Origin: Gemmatimonadaceae bacterium | Lineage (GTDB): Bacteria; Gemmatimonadota; Gemmatimonadetes; Gemmatimonadales; Gemmatimonadaceae | Assembly (NCBI GenBank): GCA_044224875.1 | Contig: JBGAJQ010000022.1 | Coordinates: 1 to 64,000, forward strand | Direction of reading: 5' to 3' | Length of the DNA stretch: 64,000 nucleotides | Shown here: piece after piece, positions 55,816-64,000 of the stretch | How positions within the stretch are numbered: position 1 is the first letter of the stretch | How the letters are laid out: each line of letters begins with the position of its first letter | Translations under genes and position numbers: made by a program | The notes under the pieces: generated by a model | Databases searched by the model: none | Seen by the model: the letters and a program-made list of their open reading frames with translations, nothing else | Told to the model about the DNA's origin: nothing

Positions 55816-56703
55816 TCAGGGTGAGCGGAGCGCGAGGACGTAATCGACGTGCCATTGTCTTCGGAGTTGATGCACCGTGACGTCGCGAAGGATGCCGGCG
55901 GTCAGAAGCATCTCATGAGCGGGTTGGAGTACCCGCTGGAGATGAGAGGGATAGCGCTGGGCGAGCGGCACAAGTTCCGCGAGTTGTTCGAGCGGAACGC
56001 GCCATGTGACGGTACCCTCTGCCCGGGCGACTTCAAGCAGGCGGTAGAGTCGACGGGCGACCGGTGATGACAGCGCGAGGTAATGCTGGGCGGAGAGCAG
56101 CGTGACGTGCCCGGCGGCGATGTTGGCGCGGAGCTGAGGAGAGAGCACGACCCTGGCATCGCCGGGCTCCGAGGCGGTGAAGGCCGCAAAGAGTGCCAGT
56201 TGGTCGCGGTCGACATTTCGGCGTCGGTCTATGGTAACCGCCGAAAGCACGGTGAACCGGCCGTCCACGGGTGAGCCGTTGGAGGCATTCCAGTAGGCGC
56301 CGAGGGACTCCAGACTGGTGCGCTCGAGTCGCGTGAGCGCGGCGCGCATCTGCTCGTAGGTTCGCCCATCCGCGCGACGACCGATGGAGCGAAGGAAGGC
56401 ATGCAGCGTGAAGTTGATAGCGCCGTCACTCGGTGCCCCTTCGTCGGTGTAGCGGCGGCACAGCTCGACATAGACATCCTGGTCGAATGTGCCTGGGAGG
56501 CGATCTCCTGGGCTGGGTAAGACGCGCCAACGTCCCCCGGACTGCGGCGCGTAGAGAACCGCGCTCTCGTCCGTTGAGTCGCTCAGGCGGAACAAGGGCA
56601 GTCCCTCGAGGGCGCGATCGAGCGCGACGGCCCGAGGTGTATAGCGGCGCGCAGGTACGTTAGGCGCCCCTGTGGGCGGAGACCGTCGTTTGGGTTCGTG
56701 CAT
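55816..56703 (-). CDS. Plasmid-type replication initiator protein A-like (RPA/Rep winged-helix)
   Basis: PLFRLS, LPG.FD.DVY, FT...FLR.IGR...GR.YE.MRAAL.RL..T, Y..L.SP.ARRLYRLL, L..LAE.VP; ATG 56703. Confidence 0.72.
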   Translation of the reverse strand: MHEPKRRSPPTGAPNVPARRYTPRAVALDRALEGLPLFRLSDSTDESAVLYAPQSGGRWRVLPSPGDRLPGTFDQDVYVELCRRYTDEGAPSDGAINFTLHAFLRSIGRRADGRTYEQMRAALTRLERTSLESLGAYWNASNGSPVDGRFTVLSAVTIDRRRNVDRDQLALFAAFTASEPGDARVVLSPQLRANIAAGHVTLLSAQHYLALSSPVARRLYRLLEVARAEGTVTWRVPLEQLAELVPLAQRYPSHLQRVLQPAHEMLLTAGILRDVTVHQLRRQWHVDYVLALRSP

Positions 56704-56704
56704 G

Positions 56705-57430
56705 CTAGCCAAGCCGGATGACCTGGCCGGAGATTGGCCCGCTGGCGACATCCGTCAGGAACAACACCCATCGCGCGATGGTCTCACGCTCTACGTACGC
56801 GGTGTCGCCGCCCATGTTCGCCAAATTGGCTGCCGTGCGGATCGCCGTGGGGGCGAGCGCATTGGCGCGAACTCCAGAGGTGCGCTCTTCGGACGCGACG
56901 GCACGCATCACGGTGAGAACGCCTGTCTTGCCGACCGCGTACGCCGCCAGGTTGGCAACGCTCGCGCCTGGGAGAGCGGCCGCCGAAGCGAAGTACACGA
57001 TGCTGCCGCGCGCCTTCCGGAGCAGCGGGAGGAAGGCGCGCGTCGTGAGGTAGGCCGTCGTGGCATTGATGGCAATCTGTCGGTGCCAAACCTCGGGGTC
57101 ACTGTCAGCGACGGGCCCGCTCGCTCCGAATCCACCGGCCATGTGGACCAGCGCGTGGAGCCCCTGCGGGGCCAAGGCCTCTATACTGACACGAATCGCC
57201 TCGAGCGACGCAGCATCGGTGAGATCGCAGGCGAGCGGAGTGGCGCGGACGCCTCGTGCTTCAAGATCCCGCGCGCGCTCTTCCGAAGTTTGCAGCTGAC
57301 GATCGACGACCACGACATGGTGCCCGGCATCGCCGAGTGCAGCCGCAACGACTTCGCCGGCCTGGCCACCCTTGCCGACTCCGGTTACGAGGACTACTCC
57401 AGCTGCCGCATTCAAGCTCGCCACACTCAT
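56705..57430 (-). CDS. Short-chain dehydrogenase/reductase
   Basis: VTGVG..GQAG, CDLTD, HMAGGF, YAVGK (YxxxK), VRANALAP. Confidence 0.9.
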   Translation of the reverse strand: MSVASLNAAAGVVLVTGVGKGGQAGEVVAAALGDAGHHVVVVDRQLQTSEERARDLEARGVRATPLACDLTDAASLEAIRVSIEALAPQGLHALVHMAGGFGASGPVADSDPEVWHRQIAINATTAYLTTRAFLPLLRKARGSIVYFASAAALPGASVANLAAYAVGKTGVLTVMRAVASEERTSGVRANALAPTAIRTAANLANMGGDTAYVERETIARWVLFLTDVASGPISGQVIRLG

Positions 57431-57972
57431 CGCAGCTCAGACCTTCCCAGAGTGGTCCGCAGAGCCTCGCGCAGTGCAGTCGTCACGGCTTCCGCTGCGG
57501 CTGGGGAGTCTTCCCGGACATGCAACTCGATTCCCTCCGTTACGGGGATTCGTCTCCAGCTGGCGGCGCTCTCGTCATCACGGGCGGCCGTCGCTGGTGC
57601 GCCGGTCAGGAGCACGGGTGCGAGGGCCTGGGCGACGCGCCGCTCGAGGGCGTCGCCAGTGACTTCCCGCATTTCCTTCTTGATGACGTCCAGCGTTTGT
57701 CCTTCTCGCTGACGAATCTTGATTGCCAGCAGCTGCAGGAAGTGCCGGTAGTTGTAGGTGGCCGCAGTACCGAGGCCCTCGGGTCGATCGAGCAGCTTGT
57801 TGGCCACATAGAAACGAACCGCTCGCGCGCTTGGTGCAGCGCGCGCGCTGGCATTCGTGGGCTTCACACCCGCAACGTCCACCAACGCAGCAACGTGGCT
57901 GGCGAGTCCCCTGGCGTTCCAAGGAGCGTGGCGCGCGTGGGCGCGAAGTAGTGCGAGCGGGGACTCTGCCAT
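57427..57972 (-). CDS. MerR-family HTH DNA-binding protein
   Basis: SARAVRFY...LLDRP.G....A.Y...H.LQL.AIK..Q..G..L..I; C-terminal W.R..V..GIELHV. Confidence 0.8.
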   Translation of the reverse strand: MAESPLALLRAHARHAPWNARGLASHVAALVDVAGVKPTNASARAAPSARAVRFYVANKLLDRPEGLGTAATYNYRHFLQLLAIKIRQREGQTLDVIKKEMREVTGDALERRVAQALAPVLLTGAPATAARDDESAASWRRIPVTEGIELHVREDSPAAAEAVTTALREALRTTLGRSELR

Positions 57973-58017
57973 GGTGCCAACATTATGGCGACAGCGATGT
58001 CGAACGCCAGCAGCATG

Positions 58018-58056
58018 AAAAAAAAAGGCGAGGCGCCTGCAATCGGCGCCTCGCCT
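58018..58056 (-). terminator. Intrinsic terminator
   Basis: AGGCGAGGCGCC/GGCGCCTCGCCT hairpin with an A9 run on + strand. Confidence 0.88.
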
Positions 58057-58075
58057 CCTGCGAATCGATGGTTGA

Positions 58076-58657
58076 CTACTTCTTCTTTGGTTTCGCCTTC
58101 TTCATCGCCGGTGATTTCTTTGCGGCCTTCTTCGGCGGCGCCGCTTTCTTGGCAACCTTCTTGGGTGCGGCCTTTTTGGCTGCGGTCTTCTTCTTGGGCG
58201 CGCTCTTTTTCGCCGCCGCCTTCTTGACGGGCTTCGCCTTCACCGGCTTGGCCGGCGCGGCCTTGGCGGGCATTGCCTTGGCAGGCGCGGCTTTCGCTGG
58301 AGCGGCTGCCGGCTTCGCGGGCGCCTTTGGGGCGGGGGCCGCTTTTGGGGCAGCTGGGCTTGCGGGGGCTGGCGGAGGCGGAGGCGCTACACGACGCACG
58401 CTGGGCGGCGGGAAAACGACTTCCTCCTCCTCCTCGCCCTCGTCGTCATCGGCCTCGGGTGCTTCCTCGTCTTCCTCGAGGGCAGCATCCTCCGGTTCGT
58501 CCCAGAGGTCCTCTTGGTGCTTGGTCGATCCCCAACCGCCCTCGTCGTCGTCATCGTCATCGTACGACGATGACCCCCCGCCGTAGCCAACGTCTTCTAC
58601 GTCGTCATCGCGATCGGAAAAATGGAGCTTGTCATCCCACTCCGCATCCCGCGGCAT
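58076..58657 (-). CDS. Histone H1-like Lys/Ala/Pro-repeat protein with acidic N-terminal half
   Basis: GGAGG RBS; D/E runs, then PAK/AAKK repeats; own terminator. Confidence 0.8.
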   Translation of the reverse strand: MPRDAEWDDKLHFSDRDDDVEDVGYGGGSSSYDDDDDDEGGWGSTKHQEDLWDEPEDAALEEDEEAPEADDDEGEEEEEVVFPPPSVRRVAPPPPPAPASPAAPKAAPAPKAPAKPAAAPAKAAPAKAMPAKAAPAKPVKAKPVKKAAAKKSAPKKKTAAKKAAPKKVAKKAAPPKKAAKKSPAMKKAKPKKK

Positions 58658-58847
58658 GTGGCCTCCTTACAAAGGTGAGCGCTTTGGAAAGGTCTGGATT
58701 GCGCAGGCGAGCCGTGCTTGTACTCACGTCCCTGTGCTGTGCTGCTGCGTCGATCAGACACGCTAGAATCCAGACTCCCTAGTACAACGGTCGCACGTGT
58801 CCGTCAAGCGTCTGAACGGGGACAAAATGCGCCGTTGCGCGTACAGG

Positions 58848-59951
58848 TCAATCAGCCGTTAGGCCAAGGACTCGCTGCTCACGAACGACGCTTTCCATGG
58901 CATGAAAGATCGTTGGTTCGAACTGAGTGCCTACCTCGGCTGACCTGCGGGTGAGCGCTTCTTCCGGAGCAACGGCGGCGCGATAGGCTCGGCGCGAGGT
59001 CATAGCGACGAACGCGTCCGCTGCGCAAAGGATTCGACCGCCGATGGAGATCCGCTCGCCCGCGCGACGGCTTGGATAGCCCGTGCCGTCCCAACGTTCG
59101 TGGTGATCATGTACGAACTCGAGGACCAGTCCACGGAAGAGCAGTGGAGAGAGGACCTCGACACCTAGGCGAACGTGATCCCGAATCCGGAGAATCTCCT
59201 CCGGCGTGAGCGGGTCTGCCTTGTGCAGGAGCGCATCCGCTAGGGCGAGTCGACCAACGTCATGTAGTCTGGCGGCGGTACCCACATCCTCGCGAACCTC
59301 GGGGCCGAGCTGAAGCGCCTCAGCCATCGCCTGACTGAGCGCTGTGACACGTGCCGAAGTGCCCGCGAAAAACGCGTCCTTGGATTCCGCCAGGGAAATC
59401 GCAAGCGCCAGCGATGCGACCGAGCGTGAGTAGAGCTCTTCCCGGTCGTGCTCCAGCGACACCGACCTTCGATCCACTTCGTCGGCGATGAGGCGCTCCA
59501 CGTTGCGCCGCTCGATCGCAATGAAGCGTCGATTCAGCACCCGTTCCAACGCGATGTGCAGTTCGCCGAGTTCAACGGGCTTGATGAGGTACTCACCGGC
59601 TCCGCTCGAGAGAGTCTGTGCGGCGGTGTGGCTGTCGTTGACGGCCGTCAGCATCATGACAGCGAGGTCCGGATCGACCGCCAAGGCACGAGGGAGGAGT
59701 TCGACGCCTGACATGCCCGGCATTCGAATGTCGCAGATCATCGCCGCGAAGCGCGTAGCTTGAAGCCGCGCCAGGGCTTCAGTAGCCGATGCCGCCGTCT
59801 CGACCTCAAAACCGCGCGATCGCAGGAAGCGGCTGATTGCCACGCGCATCGATTCTTCGTCGTCGACCACCAGCAAGCGTTTTCGCTGGGGGTCGCCGAT
59901 CATCTGGTGGAGTACGGACTCGTCACCCTCGATGTCGGACATGTTCACCAC
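58848..59951 (-). CDS. Response regulator with HD-GYP phosphodiesterase domain
   Basis: REC (VVDD, CDIRMP, YLIKP) plus LHDVG, HHERWDGTGYP, ADAF.AM.S.R.YR. Confidence 0.9.
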   Translation of the reverse strand: MVNMSDIEGDESVLHQMIGDPQRKRLLVVDDEESMRVAISRFLRSRGFEVETAASATEALARLQATRFAAMICDIRMPGMSGVELLPRALAVDPDLAVMMLTAVNDSHTAAQTLSSGAGEYLIKPVELGELHIALERVLNRRFIAIERRNVERLIADEVDRRSVSLEHDREELYSRSVASLALAISLAESKDAFFAGTSARVTALSQAMAEALQLGPEVREDVGTAARLHDVGRLALADALLHKADPLTPEEILRIRDHVRLGVEVLSPLLFRGLVLEFVHDHHERWDGTGYPSRRAGERISIGGRILCAADAFVAMTSRRAYRAAVAPEEALTRRSAEVGTQFEPTIFHAMESVVREQRVLGLTAD

Positions 59952-60051
59952 TCGCTAAGCGCGCCCCAGCACGGAGAGGGAAATCCCTGAACGCATGAAG
60001 TCAGAACGACAAGATTCGGGCACATCGTCGTCCCGACAATCGCGTTTGTTC

Positions 60052-60885
60052 CTAATCCTCAACGAATTCCACCTTCACAGGTCGCTTGATGACGCCTTCC
60101 TGCACTCCGCGGTCGAGGAACTTCCGAACACTCTCACGACCCCTGTCGCCGTAATCCAAGGTCCAGTCGTTGACGTACATGCCAACGAAGGTGTCTGCCT
60201 TCTCCCGCTCAAGCCCCCGCGCAAACTGCATGGCATGATCCAAGGCGTCTGCACGATGATCTAAAGCATGCTTGATGCTGGCTCTCAAGTGTCGCGAAAC
60301 TTTCATGATAAGCTGATCACCAAGATCCTTTCGCACGACGTTTCCTCCAAGCGGGAGCGGCAACCCAGTCTCTGAAAACCACCACTCCCCCATGTCAGCG
60401 ATCAGGCTCAGTCCGTTGTCGCCATAAGTCAGCTGGCCCTCGTGGATGAGCAGTCCGAGGTCGACGTTGCCGTCCATCACGAATTGCTCGATTTGATCGA
60501 ATGGGGTCACGACCGCTTCGAAATTCGGCTCAAACAGCCGGAGGGCCAGATACGCGCTGGTGAGGAGGCCAGGGACCGCGATGCGCTTTCCAGCGATTTG
60601 GCTCCGTGGAACAGGCGACCGTGCAACGAGACGGGGACCGTATCGATCGCCCATGGAAGCCCCGTGCGGTAGGAGGGCGTAGCGATCGCTCAGGTATGCG
60701 TAGGCATGAATCGAAACGGCTGTCACTTCGAGCTCGCCTTTCAGGGCGCGCTGGTTCAGTGTTTCGATATCGCGGAGCTCGTGAACGTACCTGATTCCAT
60801 CGGTATCGATCTTCCCAGACGCCAGCGCATAAAACATGAAGGCATCGTCGGAGTCGGGGCTATGACAGACCGTAATGGTCGGCAT
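60052..60885 (-). CDS. mqnD: 1,4-dihydroxy-6-naphthoate synthase (futalosine menaquinone pathway)
   Basis: HSPDSDDAFMFYAL, DIETLN, YGP, IHEGQLTY, LPLPLGG, MYVN; ATG 60885. Confidence 0.88.
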   Translation of the reverse strand: MPTITVCHSPDSDDAFMFYALASGKIDTDGIRYVHELRDIETLNQRALKGELEVTAVSIHAYAYLSDRYALLPHGASMGDRYGPRLVARSPVPRSQIAGKRIAVPGLLTSAYLALRLFEPNFEAVVTPFDQIEQFVMDGNVDLGLLIHEGQLTYGDNGLSLIADMGEWWFSETGLPLPLGGNVVRKDLGDQLIMKVSRHLRASIKHALDHRADALDHAMQFARGLEREKADTFVGMYVNDWTLDYGDRGRESVRKFLDRGVQEGVIKRPVKVEFVED

Positions 60886-60952
60886 GAAGCGGTTGGGGGG
60901 TAGTTGTTGTATAGCCGAGAGACCTGCTGCTGCACCCTTTGGCGCAGCTACC

Positions 60953-61777
60953 CTACTTGCGCGCCCGGGCCTCGGTGAGAGCCACGTCGATGTCGCCGCG
61001 ATGACGCGTGTATTCATCGAGGCCTTTCTTGGTCTCGGCGGGTTCCGCCTGTAGCAGTTGTTTCAGAAGCGACGTGCTCTTTCCTGAATTGCCTCGGAGC
61101 GTCGCGACGCGACTTGCGAGAATGAGTCCAAGCAAGTGCGTTGGATTCTGCTTCAGGATGGAATCGGCCTGTGCTTGGGCGACGTCGAGGTTCCCGGAGA
61201 TTTCGGCGATGCGGCCGAAGTCGTAGCGAAGATCGATGTCGAGCGGTCCGAGGTTCTCGTAAGCCGAGAGGGCCATTGGTGCGAAGAACTGGACGCTGTC
61301 GGTCTTATTCTCGGATGCCAGCCGCATCATGCGGTCGTACAGACGATCGGCTCGTTCACGCGGAGACAGTGAAGAGATGTCCGGCGCGCGAACGACGCCT
61401 TGGCCGGAACCGCCGAGTGACATCGGCGGCAGGTCCGTTGCCTGGGGCGCAGTCGTGTTGTCCGAGCCGAATCGCTGGCCGGCGAGGATTGCAACGACGG
61501 CGATGAAGGCCAGCGCGGCGATGCTCCACGGCACAAAGCTCGTTCGCTTTTCACCCGGTGGTTGCGCCGAAGGAGTTGGAGTCGCGACCGCCCGCGCGGC
61601 GCCACCGGCAACCGCCGAGCCGCATCGGTGACAGAAGACGGCCCCTGGTGTGAGTTGAGTTCGGCAGGTTGGGCACTGTGCGCCGCGCACCGGCGCGCCA
61701 CACTCGCTGCAAAACTTCCCGGTCGTACTCGCACCGCATGACGGGCAGGGAACTGCTGGCTTGGAAGTGGAGGACAT
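60953..61777 (-). CDS. Double zinc-ribbon membrane protein with TPR-like C-terminus
   Basis: Four CxxC pairs, one TM helix, helical repeat region (A...L..NP.HLLG). Confidence 0.75.
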   Translation of the reverse strand: MSSTSKPAVPCPSCGASTTGKFCSECGAPVRGAQCPTCRTQLTPGAVFCHRCGSAVAGGAARAVATPTPSAQPPGEKRTSFVPWSIAALAFIAVVAILAGQRFGSDNTTAPQATDLPPMSLGGSGQGVVRAPDISSLSPRERADRLYDRMMRLASENKTDSVQFFAPMALSAYENLGPLDIDLRYDFGRIAEISGNLDVAQAQADSILKQNPTHLLGLILASRVATLRGNSGKSTSLLKQLLQAEPAETKKGLDEYTRHRGDIDVALTEARARK

Positions 61778-61935
61778 GAGGCAGGAAAGTAAGACCCGAG
61801 GTACACGCGGGCTAGCGATGTGCTCGCGTGACGATCGCGCTCATTGAGGGGGGGAGGGCGGCGGGCTAACCTTCCGGAGAAGGGAACCCCGCGCGGTGGC
61901 GCGGATCACGATGTGACGAACCCGCACCATTCGCC

Positions 61936-63279
61936 ATGCCTCACGATTTTGCAGGCGCAAGTACGTCGGACGTCCTGCAGTATGCCGCCAAGCACAACGT
62001 GCGGTTTTTGCGACTGCAGTTCACGGATATCCTGGGCGTGAACAAGAATGTCGAGATCCCGCGGTCGCAGTTCGAGAAGGCGTTGGCGGGAGACATCCTG
62101 TTCGATGGTTCGTCGATCCAAGGGTTCGTACGCATCGAGGAGTCGGACATGTTGTTGTCGCCAGATTTGGCGACGTTTCGCGTGCTTCCGTGGGGCGATC
62201 CGGATCAGCGTGTGGCGCGTTTGCTGTGCGACATCAGCACACCGGAGGGAGCGCCGTTCGAGGGAGATCCTCGTCGCGTGTTGAAGCGCCAGATTGCACG
62301 TGCCGCGGACATGGGATTCACGATGAACGCGGGGATGGAAGCTGAGTTCTTCATGTTCAAGCTCGGAGAGCGTGGCGAGGCGGCGACCGCGACACACGAT
62401 GTGGGCGGGTACTTCGACCTAGCGCCGGCCGATCTTGGTGAGGATGCTCGCCGCGCGATCGTGGGCGCGTTGGAGCAGATGGGCTTTGAGGTAGAGGCGG
62501 CGCACCACGAAGTCGCGCACGGCCAGCACGAGATCGACTTCCGCTACGCGGATGCCCTGACGACGGCGGACAACATCACCACGTTCCGATTCGTGGTGAA
62601 GTATGTCGCCCAGCAGTTTGGGCTGACGGCGTCATTCATGCCGAAGCCGATCTTCGGGCAGAACGGGAGTGGCATGCACACCCATCAGTCGCTCTTCCAC
62701 GGCAAGGAGAACTCTTTCTGGGATTCTTCGGCCCAGTGGGAGCTGTCACCGGTGGCGCTTCACTACATTGGCGGGCTGTTGAAGCATGCGCGTGGATTCT
62801 GCGCCATCACCAACCCGCTGGTGAACTCGTACAAGCGGCTCGTTCCGGGATATGAGGCGCCGGTGAACGTAGCGTGGTCCATGCGGAATCGGTCGCCGCT
62901 CATTCGTGTCCCGGCGCGTCGAGGTACTGGAACGCGGGTGGAGGTGCGAATGCCCGATCCGTCGGCCAATCCATACCTCGCGTTGGCCGTCATGCTGGCG
63001 TCCGGTCTCGACGGCATCGCGACGCAGGCCGATCATCGCGAGCCCGTGGACACGAACATCTTCGAGATGTCGTTTCGGGAGAAACGGCGGCTGCGCATCG
63101 ACGACCTTCCCAAGGACCTCAACGAGGCCTGCGACGAATTGGAGAAGGACGACGTGATCCTAGAGGCGTTAGGCGACCATGTCGCCAAGAACTTCCTGCA
63201 CGCGAAACGGCAGGAATGGCACGACTACATCACGCAAGTCACGCAGTGGGAGCTGGAGAACTACCTCTTGAAGTACTAG
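61936..63279 (+). CDS. glnA: Glutamine synthetase type I (447 aa, GSI-alpha length)
   Basis: LQFTDILG, FDGSSI.GF.RIEESDM, HHEVA.GQHEI, FMPKP..GQNGSGMH, NSYKRLVPGYEAP, RVEVR.PDP.ANPY. Confidence 0.96.
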   Translation: MPHDFAGASTSDVLQYAAKHNVRFLRLQFTDILGVNKNVEIPRSQFEKALAGDILFDGSSIQGFVRIEESDMLLSPDLATFRVLPWGDPDQRVARLLCDISTPEGAPFEGDPRRVLKRQIARAADMGFTMNAGMEAEFFMFKLGERGEAATATHDVGGYFDLAPADLGEDARRAIVGALEQMGFEVEAAHHEVAHGQHEIDFRYADALTTADNITTFRFVVKYVAQQFGLTASFMPKPIFGQNGSGMHTHQSLFHGKENSFWDSSAQWELSPVALHYIGGLLKHARGFCAITNPLVNSYKRLVPGYEAPVNVAWSMRNRSPLIRVPARRGTGTRVEVRMPDPSANPYLALAVMLASGLDGIATQADHREPVDTNIFEMSFREKRRLRIDDLPKDLNEACDELEKDDVILEALGDHVAKNFLHAKRQEWHDYITQVTQWELENYLLKY

Positions 63280-63285
63280 TCGCGC

Positions 63286-64000
63286 ATGGGTCTCCTTGCC
63301 GCTGACGTGCAGCTGCGAAACCAGATCGAGGCGGCGGATTCACGCATTCGGCCGTACGTGCGTGAGACACCCGTCGAGCGCTCGCGCGCGCTGGACACGC
63401 GTACGTGCAAAGTATACCTGAAGCTCGAGAACATCCAGCACACGGGGTCGTTCAAGCTGCGGGGAGCGTTCAATCGGTTGCTTCGCCTGTCCGATGACGA
63501 GCGTGCGCGAGGAGTGGTGGCGGCTTCGTCGGGAAATCATGGGGCCGCGGTCGCGTGGGCCGCCGAGTCGCTGGGAATCTCCGCGGAAGTCTTCGTTCCG
63601 GATCACGCCGCGAAGCCCAAGGTGGACGCGATTCGCCGCTTGGGGGCGACGGTCACGTTCTTCGGGACGGACGGGCTGGATACGGAACTCGAAGCGCGCG
63701 AGGTGGCGCAATCGCGTGGTTGCACGTACGTGTCGCCATACAACGATGCCGACGTCCTGGCGGGTCAAGGGACTCTGGGCAGTGAGCTGAGACGCCAGCT
63801 TCCGAGGCTGGACACAGTCTATGTCGCCGTTGGTGGAGGGGGGCTGATCGGCGGCATGGCGATCGACCTGAAATCTTTCCTGCCAGACGTGCGTCTTGTT
63901 GGGTGCCTTCCCGAGCACTCGCCGGTAATGGCGAAGTCTGTTGCAGCTGGAGCGATCGTGGAGATGCCGTCACTGCCGACGCTGTCCGACGGCACGGCCG
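63286..64000 (+). CDS. Threonine/serine dehydratase (PLP, fold II), 3' end runs off the window
   Basis: Not in the ORF track. My translation from ATG 63286 gives RETP...VYLKLENIQHTGSFKLRGA, AASSGNHG, SPYND...AGQGT, VAVGGGGLIGG. Confidence 0.92.
   Translation, partial: MGLLAADVQLRNQIEAADSRIRPYVRETPVERSRALDTRTCKVYLKLENIQHTGSFKLRGAFNRLLRLSDDERARGVVAASSGNHGAAVAWAAESLGISAEVFVPDHAAKPKVDAIRRLGATVTFFGTDGLDTELEAREVAQSRGCTYVSPYNDADVLAGQGTLGSELRRQLPRLDTVYVAVGGGGLIGGMAIDLKSFLPDVRLVGCLPEHSPVMAKSVAAGAIVEMPSLPTLSDGTA

Noticed and set aside
57723..58586. Hydrophobic FFAAF-repeat membrane protein on the + strand
   Set aside because: Mirror of the Lys/Ala codons of the histone-like gene; RBS and terminator support the minus strand.
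1..64000. CRISPR array, IS element, prophage or integron
   Set aside because: No regularly spaced repeats and no transposase, integrase or phage structural genes were recognised; the four palindromes are dispersed and differ in spacer sequence.

Overview
This is a GC-rich bacterial chromosomal segment. Gene content and protein style suggest Gemmatimonadota (inference, no database search). It is probably origin-proximal, since it carries parB-parA, a perfect parS site and mnmG. Housekeeping genes include murB, ispG, argH-argG / argR / argC-argB-argD with tandem ARG boxes, moeB, mqnD, glnA, a cold-shock gene and ctpA. No rRNA, complete tRNA, CRISPR array, transposase or integrase was seen. Signals not explained by routine annotation: (1) a 23-bp palindrome ATTAGT-N11-ACTAAT, present as three perfect intergenic copies (4264, 8641, 48968) and one degenerate copy (49766), two of which flank an NrtR-like regulator gene; (2) an operon of three paralogous pilin-like proteins, a chaperone-like protein and an usher-like protein (40957-45168), i.e. 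a non-canonical chaperone-usher-like pilus, heavily frameshifted in this sequence; (3) a ~210-nt branched RNA structure between argR and argG; (4) a fatty acyl-AMP ligase + HNHxH desaturase pair with no adjacent ACP; (5) a solitary plasmid-type replication initiator gene; (6) several apparent pseudo-enzymes (FeFe-hydrogenase-like, RelA/SpoT-hydrolase-like, Wzc-like). Several frameshifts look like consensus sequencing errors. All protein calls come from motif recognition by eye.
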